A program made the translations under genes and the position numbers. A stretch of 64,000 nucleotides of DNA from Gemmatimonadota bacterium. GTDB lineage: Bacteria; Gemmatimonadota; Gemmatimonadetes; Longimicrobiales; Gaopeijiaceae. The stretch lies in the NCBI GenBank assembly GCA_034521595.1, contig JAXHMG010000003.1, positions 736,001 through 800,000 on the forward strand. Direction: 5' to 3'. The notes beneath the pieces are model-generated. The model ran no database searches and was not told the origin of the DNA. It saw nothing but the letters and a program-made list of their open reading frames with translations. This document shows, piece after piece, positions 19,378 to 29,300 of the stretch (the first letter of the stretch is position 1; the number at the start of each line of letters is the position of its first letter).

Positions 19378-20742
19378 GTGAGCGGCGGGAACGGAGACAC
19401 GGGTGACCGCGCCAAGGGCGTGCTCGGAGAGTACCGCGACGCTTCCCAGCGCATGGCGCTCGAGGCACCTGCCGCGGTCCGTTGGATCGCCCGGACCCTG
19501 GAGGCCGAGGGGTTCGAAACGTGGGCGGTCGGAGGCGCCGTCCGTGACGCGTTGCTCGGACATCCCTCCGGAGACTGGGACCTCGCCACGAGGGCTCGTC
19601 CCGAGGACATGGTTCGAATCTTCAAGCGCACCGTACCGATCGGAATCGATCACGGCACGGTCGGCGTGTTGGCCCGGGACGGGCAGATGTACGAGGTGAC
19701 CACCTTCCGGCACGACGTCGAGACCGACGGGAGGCATGCGGTCGTCTCGTTCGCGGACCGAATCGAAGACGACTTGGCACGGCGTGACTTCACCATCAAC
19801 GCGATCGCTTGGCATCCCGGCTCGGAGCACCTGCTCGATCCGTTCGGGGGACGACGAGATCTGGCCAGCCGGGTGTTGCGAACCGTCGGCGATCCGGCGG
19901 AGCGCTTCCGTGAGGACCACCTTCGCGTATTGCGCGCTTTCCGTTTCGCGGGACGGTTCGGCTTGCGGGTCGAAACGGGCACGTGGACGGCGTTACGGTC
20001 CGTGACCGAAGAGCTGCGGCATCTTTCCGCGGAGCGGATCCGTGACGAGCTGTTGAAGGTGCTCGAGGCCGATCCATGTCCCTCCACGGCGCTCGAGCTC
20101 TACCGGACGTCGGGCGCGCTCGCCGTTCTCTACCCGGAGCTCGCGATGCTCACGGGCTCGCATGAGGTCGGCACGTCAACGAGCCCGTGGGACCGCGCAT
20201 GCGCTACCGTGGACGCTCTTCCACGGGGGCGTCCGATCCTGAGGCTGGCTGGCTTGCTGAGTGGTATGGAGCCGGAGCGGGTGGCCGCCGTGCTCATCCG
20301 GCTGCGCCTTTCGAATCAACAGGTGGAACGGGTGTCCCGTGTCGCCTCAGCGCCTCATCTTCCCCCTTCGGATGCGCCGGACGCCGACTTTCGGCGTTGG
20401 CTCAGTCGCACGGGGCGTGACTTCTGGAACGGCGCGGTGCGGGTGCAACTCGCTCGGGCGCGGGCCGGCAACCAGGAGGGGGCGGCTCGACACACCCGGC
20501 CGGCAGAACTGCTGGAGGCGTGGCGGCGTGCGCGTCGCGTCCGGGACCAGGAACCTCCGCTCGAGGTCGGGGATCTCGCTCTGGACGGAAGGAGCTTGAT
20601 CGCTCTGGGCTTGAAACCGGGGCCGCGGTTCGGGGCCATCCTCGACGATCTCCTCGAGTGGGTACTCGAAGATCCCGAGCGGAACCGAGAGGAGCGACTG
20701 GTGGAGCGGGTATTGGCGTCGGGAGGGGGGCACGGTGCGTGA
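19378..20742 (+). CDS. cca: CCA tRNA nucleotidyltransferase (class II)
   Basis: VGGAVRD..GDWDLAT, DDLARRDFTINA, FREDHLRVLRAFRF, GLKPGPRFG. Confidence 0.9.
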   Translation: MSGGNGDTGDRAKGVLGEYRDASQRMALEAPAAVRWIARTLEAEGFETWAVGGAVRDALLGHPSGDWDLATRARPEDMVRIFKRTVPIGIDHGTVGVLARDGQMYEVTTFRHDVETDGRHAVVSFADRIEDDLARRDFTINAIAWHPGSEHLLDPFGGRRDLASRVLRTVGDPAERFREDHLRVLRAFRFAGRFGLRVETGTWTALRSVTEELRHLSAERIRDELLKVLEADPCPSTALELYRTSGALAVLYPELAMLTGSHEVGTSTSPWDRACATVDALPRGRPILRLAGLLSGMEPERVAAVLIRLRLSNQQVERVSRVASAPHLPPSDAPDADFRRWLSRTGRDFWNGAVRVQLARARAGNQEGAARHTRPAELLEAWRRARRVRDQEPPLEVGDLALDGRSLIALGLKPGPRFGAILDDLLEWVLEDPERNREERLVERVLASGGGHGA

Positions 20743-22102
20743 GCCCGATCTGTTCGGCGGCGGCGCCGCAGGTGAAAGCGAACGGAGCGAGCTCGGGAAC
20801 GTGGATCCCTCCGCACCGCTCGCGGCCCGGATGCGCCCGCGCACGATCGACGAGTTCCGCGGGCAGAGCCACCTCCTGGGTGAGGGTCGGGCGATTCGGT
20901 CGATGCTGGAGAGCGGTCAACCCGGGAGCATGATACTGTGGGGGCCTCCGGGGAGCGGAAAGACCACGCTTGCCCGGATCGTCGCCGCCGAGACGGGGAT
21001 GACCTTCGTTCCCCTGAGCGCGGTCTCCGAGGGAATAACGCGCGTTCGCCAGATCATGACCGAAGCGAGCGAGCGTCTGCGAGCGACCGGACGGCGCACG
21101 GTCCTCTTCTGCGACGAGATCCATCGATTCAACAAGGCCCAGCAGGACGCGTTTCTTCCTCACGTGGAGGCAGGCACCGTCGTTCTTGTCGGGGCGACCA
21201 CGGAAAACCCGTCGTTCGAAGTCGTTCGGCCGCTCCTTTCCCGGGCACCGGTCTATGTGCTCGAGCCCCTCTCGGGCGAAGACATCCGGGCGATCCTGGA
21301 CGAGGCCCTGTTCGACGAGGAACGCGGCTTGGGGATGATCGGGATCGACGCTGATGCGGCGGCTCTCGACTTTCTCGCCGAAGCCGCGGACGGAGACGCT
21401 CGCCGCGCCCTGGGGGCTCTCGAGGCGGCCGCGAGGCTAGCGGAGCAGGAGGGAACGATCGATGCGGAGAGCGCCCGTGAAGCCCTGCAATACCGGTTCG
21501 CGGCGTACGACAAGACCGGCGAAGAGCACTACAACCTCGTCTCCGCCCTACACAAGGCGATTCGCGGCAGCGACCCCGACGGAGCGCTCTATTGGCTCGC
21601 CCGGATGATGGAAGGCGGGGAAGATCCGCTCTACGTAAGTCGCAGGCTGGTCCGCATGGCAGCAGAGGATATCGGGCTCGCGGATCCGGCGGCCTTGGAG
21701 GTGACCGTAGCAGCACGTGACGCTTACCAGTTCTTGGGATCTCCCGAAGGGGACCTGGGGCTCGCCGAAGCGGTGATCTACCTGGCGACCGCGCCGAAGT
21801 CCAACGCTCTCTACGAGGCTTGGGGAGCGGCACTGGAGGCCGCGCGCGCCACGCCGGCGGCACCTGTGCCCCTGCACATCCGCAACGCGCCGACCGGCCT
21901 CATGAAGGATTTGGGATATGGCCAGGGGTACGTATACGACCCCGCCACCGAGCACGGCGTGGCCGACCAAGGCTACCTACCGTCGGGATTGGAGGAGGTA
22001 CGTTTCTACCGGCCCGGACGCTTCGGTTTCGAGAAGACGATCGGCAAGCGGCTCGAGTGGTGGGCACGGCACCGGCAATCGGGTGATCAAGGGGACGAGT
22101 GA
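20735..22102 (+). CDS. rarA: Replication-associated recombination protein A
   Basis: PLAARMRP, WGPPGSGKTT, DEIHRFNKAQQD, GATTENPSF, SALHKAIRGSDPD, VPLHIRNAPT. Confidence 0.96.
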   Translation: MREPDLFGGGAAGESERSELGNVDPSAPLAARMRPRTIDEFRGQSHLLGEGRAIRSMLESGQPGSMILWGPPGSGKTTLARIVAAETGMTFVPLSAVSEGITRVRQIMTEASERLRATGRRTVLFCDEIHRFNKAQQDAFLPHVEAGTVVLVGATTENPSFEVVRPLLSRAPVYVLEPLSGEDIRAILDEALFDEERGLGMIGIDADAAALDFLAEAADGDARRALGALEAAARLAEQEGTIDAESAREALQYRFAAYDKTGEEHYNLVSALHKAIRGSDPDGALYWLARMMEGGEDPLYVSRRLVRMAAEDIGLADPAALEVTVAARDAYQFLGSPEGDLGLAEAVIYLATAPKSNALYEAWGAALEAARATPAAPVPLHIRNAPTGLMKDLGYGQGYVYDPATEHGVADQGYLPSGLEEVRFYRPGRFGFEKTIGKRLEWWARHRQSGDQGDE

Positions 22103-22198
22103 CGCCCACGGGTTCCCAACCGCGGTGGGCGTCGGAATCGGGTTCTGCCCGGAGGAACGGTTGGCTATGCTTGTGAAGCGGTGGCCAGCACAGTCGTT

Positions 22199-23533
22199 AT
22201 GCCGCCACGTGTCCTTCGAGAGGTACTTCGGATTCCCACTCAGCTGATCGATCTCCGCACCCCCGTGGACCGAGCCGTCTTGGTCGGCGCGCCCGTGCAG
22301 GAAACGGATGCGCGCTTCGTGGACGAGCATCTGGCGGAGCTCGGGCACCTGACCGACACGGCCGGGGGCGAGGTCGTCGCGACCCTCGTGCAACGGCTCG
22401 ACCACCCTCAGCCGCGCTATTACATCGGGACGGGTAAGGCGCGGCAGTTGGCGCAGATCGTGCGTGAACGGGAAGCCAACCTCGTCATCTTCGACGAGGA
22501 GTTGAGCCCGGCCCAGGGGAAGAACTTGGAAGAGTTGCTGGAGGTCCGCGTCATGGACCGGTCCGAGCTTATCCTCGACATCTTCGCGACCCGGGCACGC
22601 TCCAAAGAAGCCCGCATGCAAGTCGAGCTGGCGCAGCTCCAGTACCTCCTCCCGAGGCTTCGACGGATGTGGAACCACCTATCACGCATTCGCGGCGGGA
22701 TCGGGCTGCGTGGGCCGGGAGAGACACAGCTCGAGACCGACCGCCGGCTGATCGGCACCCGGATCGCGGACCTTCGGAACAAGCTGCGAACGGTCGGGAA
22801 GGCCCGGGAGACGCAACGCAAGGCACGCGAAGGACAGTTCCGCGCTGCGCTGGTAGGCTATACGAATGCCGGGAAGTCTTCGTTGCTCCGGGCTCTCTCG
22901 GGCTCGAAGCTCTTCGTTGAAGACCGCCTTTTCGCGACCCTGGATTCGGCCACGCGCTCGGTCGATATCGGGAGCGGATACGAGGTCCTCGTTACGGACA
23001 CGGTGGGGTTCATTCGGAAGCTCCCCCACCACCTCGTGGCGTCGTTCCGTTCGACCTTGGAGGAGGCGCGCGAAGCGGACGTGCTCCTCCACGTCATCGA
23101 TGCGTCGCACTCCGACTGGGAGGAGCAACGAGCCGTGGTGGACAGCGTGCTCGAGGAGCTCGGGCTCGAGCATCGGGCCGATATCCTCGTGTTCAACAAG
23201 ATGGATCTCGTCCCCCCTGCGGAGGAGGACGCGCTGCGGGCGAGGATCCGGGCCCTGGAATCCACGCCGGCGGTGTTCGTTTCCGCGCGAGAGGAGGAGT
23301 CGCTGGACGATCTTCGGGAAACGCTGAGGGCCCGCGCACGGGCCGCCCTTTCCCGTGTACGCGTCGAGCTCGGGGCCGGAGACGGGGAGGCCATCGCCGC
23401 GCTCCACCGGGAGGCGGAGGTCATCGAGCATTCGGGTGAGGGTGCGCGCATGCGATTCGAGGCGCGGGTGCCGGAATCGCTTCTCGGATGGCTTTCCTCG
23501 CGTGCCGACGTCACCGTCGAGGTCATGGATTGA
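22199..23533 (+). CDS. hflX: Ribosome-splitting GTPase HflX
   Basis: LILDIFATRA, GIGLRGPGETQLETDRR, GYTNAGKS, LFATLD, DTVGFI, NKMD; start uncertain (22181, 22199 or ATT 22232). Confidence 0.95.
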   Translation: MPPRVLREVLRIPTQLIDLRTPVDRAVLVGAPVQETDARFVDEHLAELGHLTDTAGGEVVATLVQRLDHPQPRYYIGTGKARQLAQIVREREANLVIFDEELSPAQGKNLEELLEVRVMDRSELILDIFATRARSKEARMQVELAQLQYLLPRLRRMWNHLSRIRGGIGLRGPGETQLETDRRLIGTRIADLRNKLRTVGKARETQRKAREGQFRAALVGYTNAGKSSLLRALSGSKLFVEDRLFATLDSATRSVDIGSGYEVLVTDTVGFIRKLPHHLVASFRSTLEEAREADVLLHVIDASHSDWEEQRAVVDSVLEELGLEHRADILVFNKMDLVPPAEEDALRARIRALESTPAVFVSAREEESLDDLRETLRARARAALSRVRVELGAGDGEAIAALHREAEVIEHSGEGARMRFEARVPESLLGWLSSRADVTVEVMD

Positions 23534-24402
23534 TGTCGTCGGTGACGATCGTCGGACCGGGCCGCATGGGGCTGGCGCTCGCCACGGCGCTGAGTCAGAG
23601 CGACCACCTCTCGGGCGTCACGGTGTTCGGGCGCCACCCCGATCCGCCGGAGCATCCGGTGTTCGCTGCCGAAGAGGTCCGGTACGCGTTCGGCATGGAA
23701 GAGATCGCCGGAGACTGCATCGCCGTGTTTCTGGCCGTTCCGGATGCAGCCGTGCCGGAAGTAGCGCATCAGGTCGCCGTTCAGGGAGCCGCGCCCGACG
23801 GCTGCGCCGCTTTTCACCTTTCCGGAGCCCTTCCGACCGACGTGCTGGCGCCGCTTCATGCGGCGGGCTACACGGTCGGCACGTTCCATCCTTGGATCGT
23901 CGTGGGACGCTCGTCGCCGAGGGCGGACGCTTTCGTCGATGCGAGGGTGAGCGTGACAGCGTCCCTCGAAGCGACGAGGATCGCTCGGGATGTCGCGTCG
24001 TCCGTGGGCGCCCAGGTCCTCACGGTGCCCGCCGCTCGCCGCCCGATGTCCGACGCGGCGGTGGCCATGATGTCGGCCTACCTTCCCGTGATGCTCGACG
24101 TGGTGGTACCCCTGTTCGAAGAGGCCGGAATCCCCACCGAGGAGGTGCTGCCGGCGCTCCTTCCATTGTGGCGGAGCGTGCTACTGGAGGTAGAGCGCGC
24201 GGGTGTGGCCGAGACGCTCGCGACCGTCCTCGAAAGGACGGATCCCGAGGCTGTCGGCGTTCATCTCAGGGTGTTGGAAGGTGAGGACCGCAGGCTCTAT
24301 ACGTGGCTGGGACGGCGGGCCCTGACGCGAGCCGTAGCGGGGTTGAATCAGGACGAGCGAAGTGCGCTCCTGTCACATTTTGAAAAAGCTTTCGGGGAGT
24401 GA
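23533..24402 (+). CDS. Rossmann-like plus DUF2520 domain protein (PanG-like oxidoreductase)
   Basis: [24 protein letters not shown]. Confidence 0.75.
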   Translation: MSSVTIVGPGRMGLALATALSQSDHLSGVTVFGRHPDPPEHPVFAAEEVRYAFGMEEIAGDCIAVFLAVPDAAVPEVAHQVAVQGAAPDGCAAFHLSGALPTDVLAPLHAAGYTVGTFHPWIVVGRSSPRADAFVDARVSVTASLEATRIARDVASSVGAQVLTVPAARRPMSDAAVAMMSAYLPVMLDVVVPLFEEAGIPTEEVLPALLPLWRSVLLEVERAGVAETLATVLERTDPEAVGVHLRVLEGEDRRLYTWLGRRALTRAVAGLNQDERSALLSHFEKAFGE

Positions 24403-24403
24403 G

Positions 24404-25138
24404 ATGAGAGTTTGCGTGAACATCGACCACGTTGCGACCGTGCGGCAGGCGCGGCGCACGGACGAGCCCGACCCGGTGAGGGCCGCCGTCCTGGTGGAGT
24501 TGGGAGGTGCGGACGGGATCACCGTTCACCTGCGCGAGGATCGGAGGCACATGCAGGACCGCGATGTCCGCCTCCTGATGGAGACCGTGCGCACCGGCGT
24601 CAACCTCGAGCTCGCGGCGGCGTCCGAGATCCTGGAGATCGCCTGTGAGTTACGGCCGTACCAGGCCACGCTCGTCCCCGAGAAGCGTGAGGAGGTCACG
24701 ACGGAAGGGGGGCTGGACCTGACGACGGAGGCAGCCCGCGAGGGGCCGCGTCGGGCCCTCCGCCGCCTGAGCGATGCGGGTGTGCGCACCTCGCTTTTCG
24801 TGGATCCGGATGAAGACTCCGTGCGCGCTTCGGCCGATCTCGGCCCGGATGCCGTCGAGCTGCATACGGGAGAGTACGCGAACGCCGCTACCGGCGACGA
24901 CCGCGAGGCTCAGCTCGAGCGCCTGACCGCGGCCGCCGCGCTGGCACGGGAGCTCGGACTCGGTGTTAACGCCGGCCACGGCCTCACGTACGAGAACGTG
25001 GGACCCGTGGCGGAGATCGAAGAGATCGGAGAGCTGAACATCGGCCACAGCATCGTGTCCCGTGCGATGTTCTGCGGCATCGAGCAGGCGGTGCGCGAGA
25101 TGCTGGAGCGGGTGCGTCGGAGCCGACGGATCCGGTGA
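24404..25138 (+). CDS. pdxJ: Pyridoxine 5'-phosphate synthase
   Basis: [57 protein letters not shown]. Confidence 0.97.
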   Translation: MRVCVNIDHVATVRQARRTDEPDPVRAAVLVELGGADGITVHLREDRRHMQDRDVRLLMETVRTGVNLELAAASEILEIACELRPYQATLVPEKREEVTTEGGLDLTTEAAREGPRRALRRLSDAGVRTSLFVDPDEDSVRASADLGPDAVELHTGEYANAATGDDREAQLERLTAAAALARELGLGVNAGHGLTYENVGPVAEIEEIGELNIGHSIVSRAMFCGIEQAVREMLERVRRSRRIR

Positions 25139-26235
25139 AGCACTGGGGCAAAGCCCTGCTGGGGCTGGTCATCACGGTGCTGCTCCTCTGGTGGGCGCTC
25201 TCCGGGGTGGCTTTCGGCGAAGTCTGGGCGAACATCCGACGGGGAAACTTGTGGCTCCTCGGCGCCTCGGTCGTCGTGGCGACGTCCGGGTTCTTCATCC
25301 GCGCGCTGCGCTGGCACGTGTTGCTGGTGCCGGTGAAAGCCGATACCAGGCTGCGGTCGCGCTTCGCCGGTGTGTCGATCGGCTTCATGGCCAACAACAT
25401 CTTTCCGGCGAGGGTGGGGGAGTTCGCTAGGGCGTATACGTTCAGTCGCATGGAGCCGGTGAGCGCTTCGGCCGCGTTCGGATCGCTCGTCATCGAGCGG
25501 CTCATGGACGGCATCATCCTCCTCGCCTTTCTCGTGTGGCCGGTGCTCACCCCGGGCTTCCCCGTGGCCGGGGCGCTTTCGGAAGGGTGGGGAAGCGCGC
25601 TCCTCCGAGCCGGCTTCATCGGCATCGCGGCCGTGCTCGGGGTCATGATATGGCTTTCCGTCTGGCCCCGGCCTTTCGTTCGGACCGTCGAGTGGGTGGC
25701 GAAATTCCTGCCGCACGCGGTCGCGCGTCCGCTCGTGGATTCCCTCGAGGCGTTCCTCGACTCGGTGGCGATCCTGCGACGCCCGCGCCTGCTCCTCGCG
25801 GGCGCGCTGTGGTCCCTGTTCTTTTGGACCTGGCACGGGCTTTCGTTCTGGCTCGGCCTGCTCGCCTTCGGCATCGATACGGGCTTCGTGTCGGCGATCT
25901 TTACCGAGGCGGTGGTCGGCTTCGGCGTCGCGATCCCGTCCGCTCCGGGCTTCTTCGGCACGTTCCACGCCGCGGCGAAGTTCGCGCTCAGCGACATCTA
26001 CGCCGTCCCCGAAGCCCAGGCCCTGGCCTTTGCGTTCGGGTATCATTTCGGTGGTTGGCTTCCGATCACTCTGATCGGGCTGTGGTACGCGTGGCGCCTC
26101 GGGCTCTCCATCGGGGAGGTGGGCACGGCCGCCGAACGGGTCGAGGAAGAGGTCGAGGGGGCTCACCCCGGAGCTTTGAACGGGGAGATGCGCCATGTGG
26201 GGACGGGGGGAGAGCCCCCCCATTCGGGAGGCTGA
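25135..26235 (+). CDS. Lysylphosphatidylglycerol-synthase TM / flippase-like (UPF0104) membrane protein
   Basis: [35 protein letters not shown]. Confidence 0.85.
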   Translation: MKHWGKALLGLVITVLLLWWALSGVAFGEVWANIRRGNLWLLGASVVVATSGFFIRALRWHVLLVPVKADTRLRSRFAGVSIGFMANNIFPARVGEFARAYTFSRMEPVSASAAFGSLVIERLMDGIILLAFLVWPVLTPGFPVAGALSEGWGSALLRAGFIGIAAVLGVMIWLSVWPRPFVRTVEWVAKFLPHAVARPLVDSLEAFLDSVAILRRPRLLLAGALWSLFFWTWHGLSFWLGLLAFGIDTGFVSAIFTEAVVGFGVAIPSAPGFFGTFHAAAKFALSDIYAVPEAQALAFAFGYHFGGWLPITLIGLWYAWRLGLSIGEVGTAAERVEEEVEGAHPGALNGEMRHVGTGGEPPHSGG

Positions 26236-26236
26236 A

Positions 26237-27169
26237 ATGCGCGCTCGGACGGCCGCGCCCGCCAAGGTCAATCTGTTCCTTCGGGTGCTTGGCAAGCGGC
26301 ACGACGGGTTCCATGAGATTCGGACGGTCTTTCAGGCCATCGACCTCGTGGACGAGGTGGTGGTGGAGCGCGGGGGTCGTGGTGTGACCCTGGACGTTCG
26401 CGGGGCGGAGCTCGGTCCCGAGGAGGAGAATCTGGCGTACCGGGCCGCGGAGTCGTTCCTGGCCCATGGCGACGACGGCGAGGGGGCTCGTATCGAGCTG
26501 GTGAAGCGCATTCCCGCGGGTGCCGGTCTCGGTGGAGGGTCTTCGGATGCGGCGGCGGTGCTTCGCTGCCTTGCCGCTACCACGTCCCCTGCTCCGTCGG
26601 CAGGCGATCTCGCTCGGATGGGGGCCGCCCTCGGATCCGACGTGCCGTTCTTTCTCAGCCCCGGTCCGCTCGCTCTCGCTGAAGGGCGCGGAGACGTGTT
26701 GGTGAGCGTGCCACCCTTACCCGAAGCGGATCTCGTCGTCGCGTTGCCGCCGGTGCACGTGGCGACGGCGGCGGCGTACGGCGCCTTGAGGAGAGAAGCG
26801 TGGGTCGGGGATGATTCGGATACGGTCGGTGATCCCACCTTGGAGGAAACCGACCCCACGGCCTTTGGTCGGGCTGGGACGTTGGATGTGCCGCGACGGT
26901 GGGAGGACGTGGCCTCGTGGATGGCGAACGACTTCCAACCGGTCGTGGCGGGCATGCACGAAGCGGTCGGACACTCGTTGGCCGCGCTCGAGCGCGCGGG
27001 GGCGCGTGCCACCCTCCTGTCCGGGAGCGGCGGGGCTTCGTTCGGCCTGTTCGGCACGCGTGACGCGGCGAAGCGGGTGGCCTCGGAGCTGACGCGACGC
27101 CTCGGTTGGCGCTTCGTTGCGACGCGTACCTTGAGCGCTTGGCCCGACGTGACCGTGTCCGGCCCTTGA
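26237..27169 (+). CDS. ispE: 4-diphosphocytidyl-2-C-methyl-D-erythritol kinase
   Basis: APAKVNLFL, KRIPAGAGLGGGSSDAA, LGSDVPFF, LSGSG. Confidence 0.96.
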   Translation: MRARTAAPAKVNLFLRVLGKRHDGFHEIRTVFQAIDLVDEVVVERGGRGVTLDVRGAELGPEEENLAYRAAESFLAHGDDGEGARIELVKRIPAGAGLGGGSSDAAAVLRCLAATTSPAPSAGDLARMGAALGSDVPFFLSPGPLALAEGRGDVLVSVPPLPEADLVVALPPVHVATAAAYGALRREAWVGDDSDTVGDPTLEETDPTAFGRAGTLDVPRRWEDVASWMANDFQPVVAGMHEAVGHSLAALERAGARATLLSGSGGASFGLFGTRDAAKRVASELTRRLGWRFVATRTLSAWPDVTVSGP

Positions 27170-27195
27170 ACGGATCGCTCGTTCGGAGGTAGGAT
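27166..27195 (+). promoter_or_regulatory. Putative sigma70 promoter of tRNA-Gln
   Basis: TTGAAC-N18-TAGGAT ending 7 nt before the tRNA. Confidence 0.4.
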
Positions 27196-27202
27196 GTCGT
27201 GC

Positions 27203-27273
27203 TGGCCCGTGGTCTAATGGCAGGACACCGGTCTTTGGAACCGGCGGTGGTGGTTCGAATCCACCCGGGCCAA
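27203..27273 (+). tRNA. tRNA-Gln (anticodon TTG), CCA not encoded
   Basis: Acceptor stem TGGCCCG/CGGGCCA; anticodon arm CCGGT-CTTTGGA-ACCGG; T arm GGTGG-TTCGAAT-CCACC; usual position after ispE. Confidence 0.97.
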
Positions 27274-27394
27274 TCTCAGGACCCGTTGAGCCGCGGAACT
27301 GGTGCGGTTGGGTTGTTCGGAGCACCGGGTGGCGTCGCGCCGGGGGCCGGCCCCAACATGCGGTGTCGACGCCTCGCCGAGTCCGACCGAACCC

Positions 27395-29191
27395 ATGCTT
27401 CCTCTCCTCACCCTGACCCTGGTCGTGCTCTGGGCGCCCACCCCTTCGAGCGCCCAGGCCGTTTCGGAGCCCGGCGACACCGCGGTGGTCACGGAGGATG
27501 CCGACGATGTGAGAGGGGCGGCCCGGGCGGCGCAGGGCCGGTACGAGAGGCGCAGGGCGCGGCACTTTCCGCGGACGCTCCGAGGCTCGGGCGGGCCGTG
27601 TGACGAAACGGTCGGACGCTTCTGCACCTGGTATGGGGAAGGGAACTGGGTGCCTGAGCCCGAGGCGCCGGAGATCGCCGAGCTCCGGACGGCGCTCCTC
27701 GTCGAGCTCGATACGCTGCAGCCGCACGCCCCCGGGGATCCATGGATTCTCGGTCAGCGGGTGTGGTACCGGGCCGAGCGTGGCGATTGGGACGAGGCCT
27801 TGGACGTGGCCCGGACGTGCCCGGCCCCACAGCGAGCCTGGTGGTGTGCCGCGCTCGACGGCTTCGCCCTGCACGGGCTGGAACGCTTCCCGGAGGCCGA
27901 GCGGGCGTTCGCCGCAGCGTTGTGGGAGATGGACCTGGAGCGGGCGTGGTCCTGGCGCGTGCCGGAGCGTGCGGTCGACGGAGAGGGCCGGGACGTGCTG
28001 ACGGCACTCCGCTCGGCCACCACGGATTCGGTCGAGCTCGTGCTGGACCGATTGTGGGCCCTGGCCGACCCACTGTACCTGATCGACGGCAACGACCGGA
28101 AGACGGCTCACTTCGCACGGTGGACCGTGGCCACCCTCCGGGAGGATGCGCGCACCCCCTATGGAATCCCGTGGGGTGGCGACCTGGAGGAGCTGCTGGT
28201 TCGGCACGGATGGGAGTTGGGGTGGGAGCGGGAACCGGGCGTGCGCATCACGGACCGGGATCGCGTGATCGGACACAAGCATCCGGCGGGTCGCGACTTC
28301 CTGCCGGGTGGTGCCGCTTTGCGAGCTCCCGCGCGGACGGAGCCGGCCGACCACGTCCCGACCCGAGTCCGTCCCCGCAGTCTGTACGCCCCTCCCTACG
28401 CCCCCGTGCTGCTCCCGATGGACGTGCAGGTGGCCGTGTTCCCTCGGGGCCGAGCGTTTCGGGTCGTCGCGACACATGACCTACCAAGGGACACGACGCG
28501 TCGGGCGCGCGAGGACATTCCTCGTCCGTGGATGGAGCCCGGCAACCAAGCGGGGCTCGCCGACCGGGCGGGACTGTTCCTGCTCGATGCCGTGACCGGA
28601 GAAGTCACGGCGCGGACGACGCAGGACACCACGGTCGGTGCGCTCGTGTTGGAAGGCGCCGAGGGAGAGCACGTGCTGTCCGTGGAAAGCTGGAGCCCGG
28701 AGCAACGCAGAGCCGGTCGGCTCCGCCTCGGAATCACGCATGTCGAGATCCCCGACGACATTCCGGTCCTCTCCGACATCCTCTTGGTCGCGCCGGGTGA
28801 GGAACCCGTCGAGGGCCTCGAGGAGGCGGCCGGTCGGGCCCTCACGGCTCCCGCCATCCAGGAAGGCGCGTCGGTCGGGATCGTTTGGGAGGTCACCGGG
28901 CTCGGTTTCCGTCGCGAGACTCTGACGTTCGACCTCACCATCGAGCGTACGGACCCGGGCTTGTTGCAGCGGGTCGGGTCTTTTCTCGGACTCGCGGACC
29001 CCGACCGGCCGCTCGCACTCCAATGGGAGGAAGCGGGGCCGGACGAGCCGGGGCCGATGCTCCGTCATCTCGATCTCGACCTTCCGGAGCTGGACCCGGG
29101 CCAATACGAGATTCGATTGGAGTTGCGCACGGCAGGGCGCGATCCCGTGACCCGCTCGCGGGCGTTCGACGTACGGCCCACGCCGAGATGA
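27395..29191 (+). CDS. Secreted hypothetical protein, divergent GWxTD-domain-like with C-terminal beta-sandwich
   Basis: Signal peptide ..SSAQ; LWALADPLYLIDGNDRKTAHFARW...LLVRHGW; LSDILL..LDPGQYEIRLEL. Confidence 0.65.
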   Translation: MLPLLTLTLVVLWAPTPSSAQAVSEPGDTAVVTEDADDVRGAARAAQGRYERRRARHFPRTLRGSGGPCDETVGRFCTWYGEGNWVPEPEAPEIAELRTALLVELDTLQPHAPGDPWILGQRVWYRAERGDWDEALDVARTCPAPQRAWWCAALDGFALHGLERFPEAERAFAAALWEMDLERAWSWRVPERAVDGEGRDVLTALRSATTDSVELVLDRLWALADPLYLIDGNDRKTAHFARWTVATLREDARTPYGIPWGGDLEELLVRHGWELGWEREPGVRITDRDRVIGHKHPAGRDFLPGGAALRAPARTEPADHVPTRVRPRSLYAPPYAPVLLPMDVQVAVFPRGRAFRVVATHDLPRDTTRRAREDIPRPWMEPGNQAGLADRAGLFLLDAVTGEVTARTTQDTTVGALVLEGAEGEHVLSVESWSPEQRRAGRLRLGITHVEIPDDIPVLSDILLVAPGEEPVEGLEEAAGRALTAPAIQEGASVGIVWEVTGLGFRRETLTFDLTIERTDPGLLQRVGSFLGLADPDRPLALQWEEAGPDEPGPMLRHLDLDLPELDPGQYEIRLELRTAGRDPVTRSRAFDVRPTPR

Positions 29192-29227
29192 CCGTAGACT
29201 CGACGGGGTGCCCTTCCGCGCCGCGCG

Positions 29228-29256
29228 TTGACCGGCTCCCCCGCCTCTTCTAGCTT
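29228..29256 (+). promoter_or_regulatory. Putative sigma70 promoter of prs-rplY-pth
   Basis: TTGACC-N17-TAGCTT, near-identical to the promoter before ffs. Confidence 0.6.
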
Positions 29257-29300
29257 CCCGGGCTCTAATCTCCTGATCCGCACCTGCAAGCATCGGACCT

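Noticed and set aside
27273-29300. Possible island integrated at tRNA-Gln
   Set aside because: No integrase, no duplicated tRNA 3' end seen, and no evident compositional shift.
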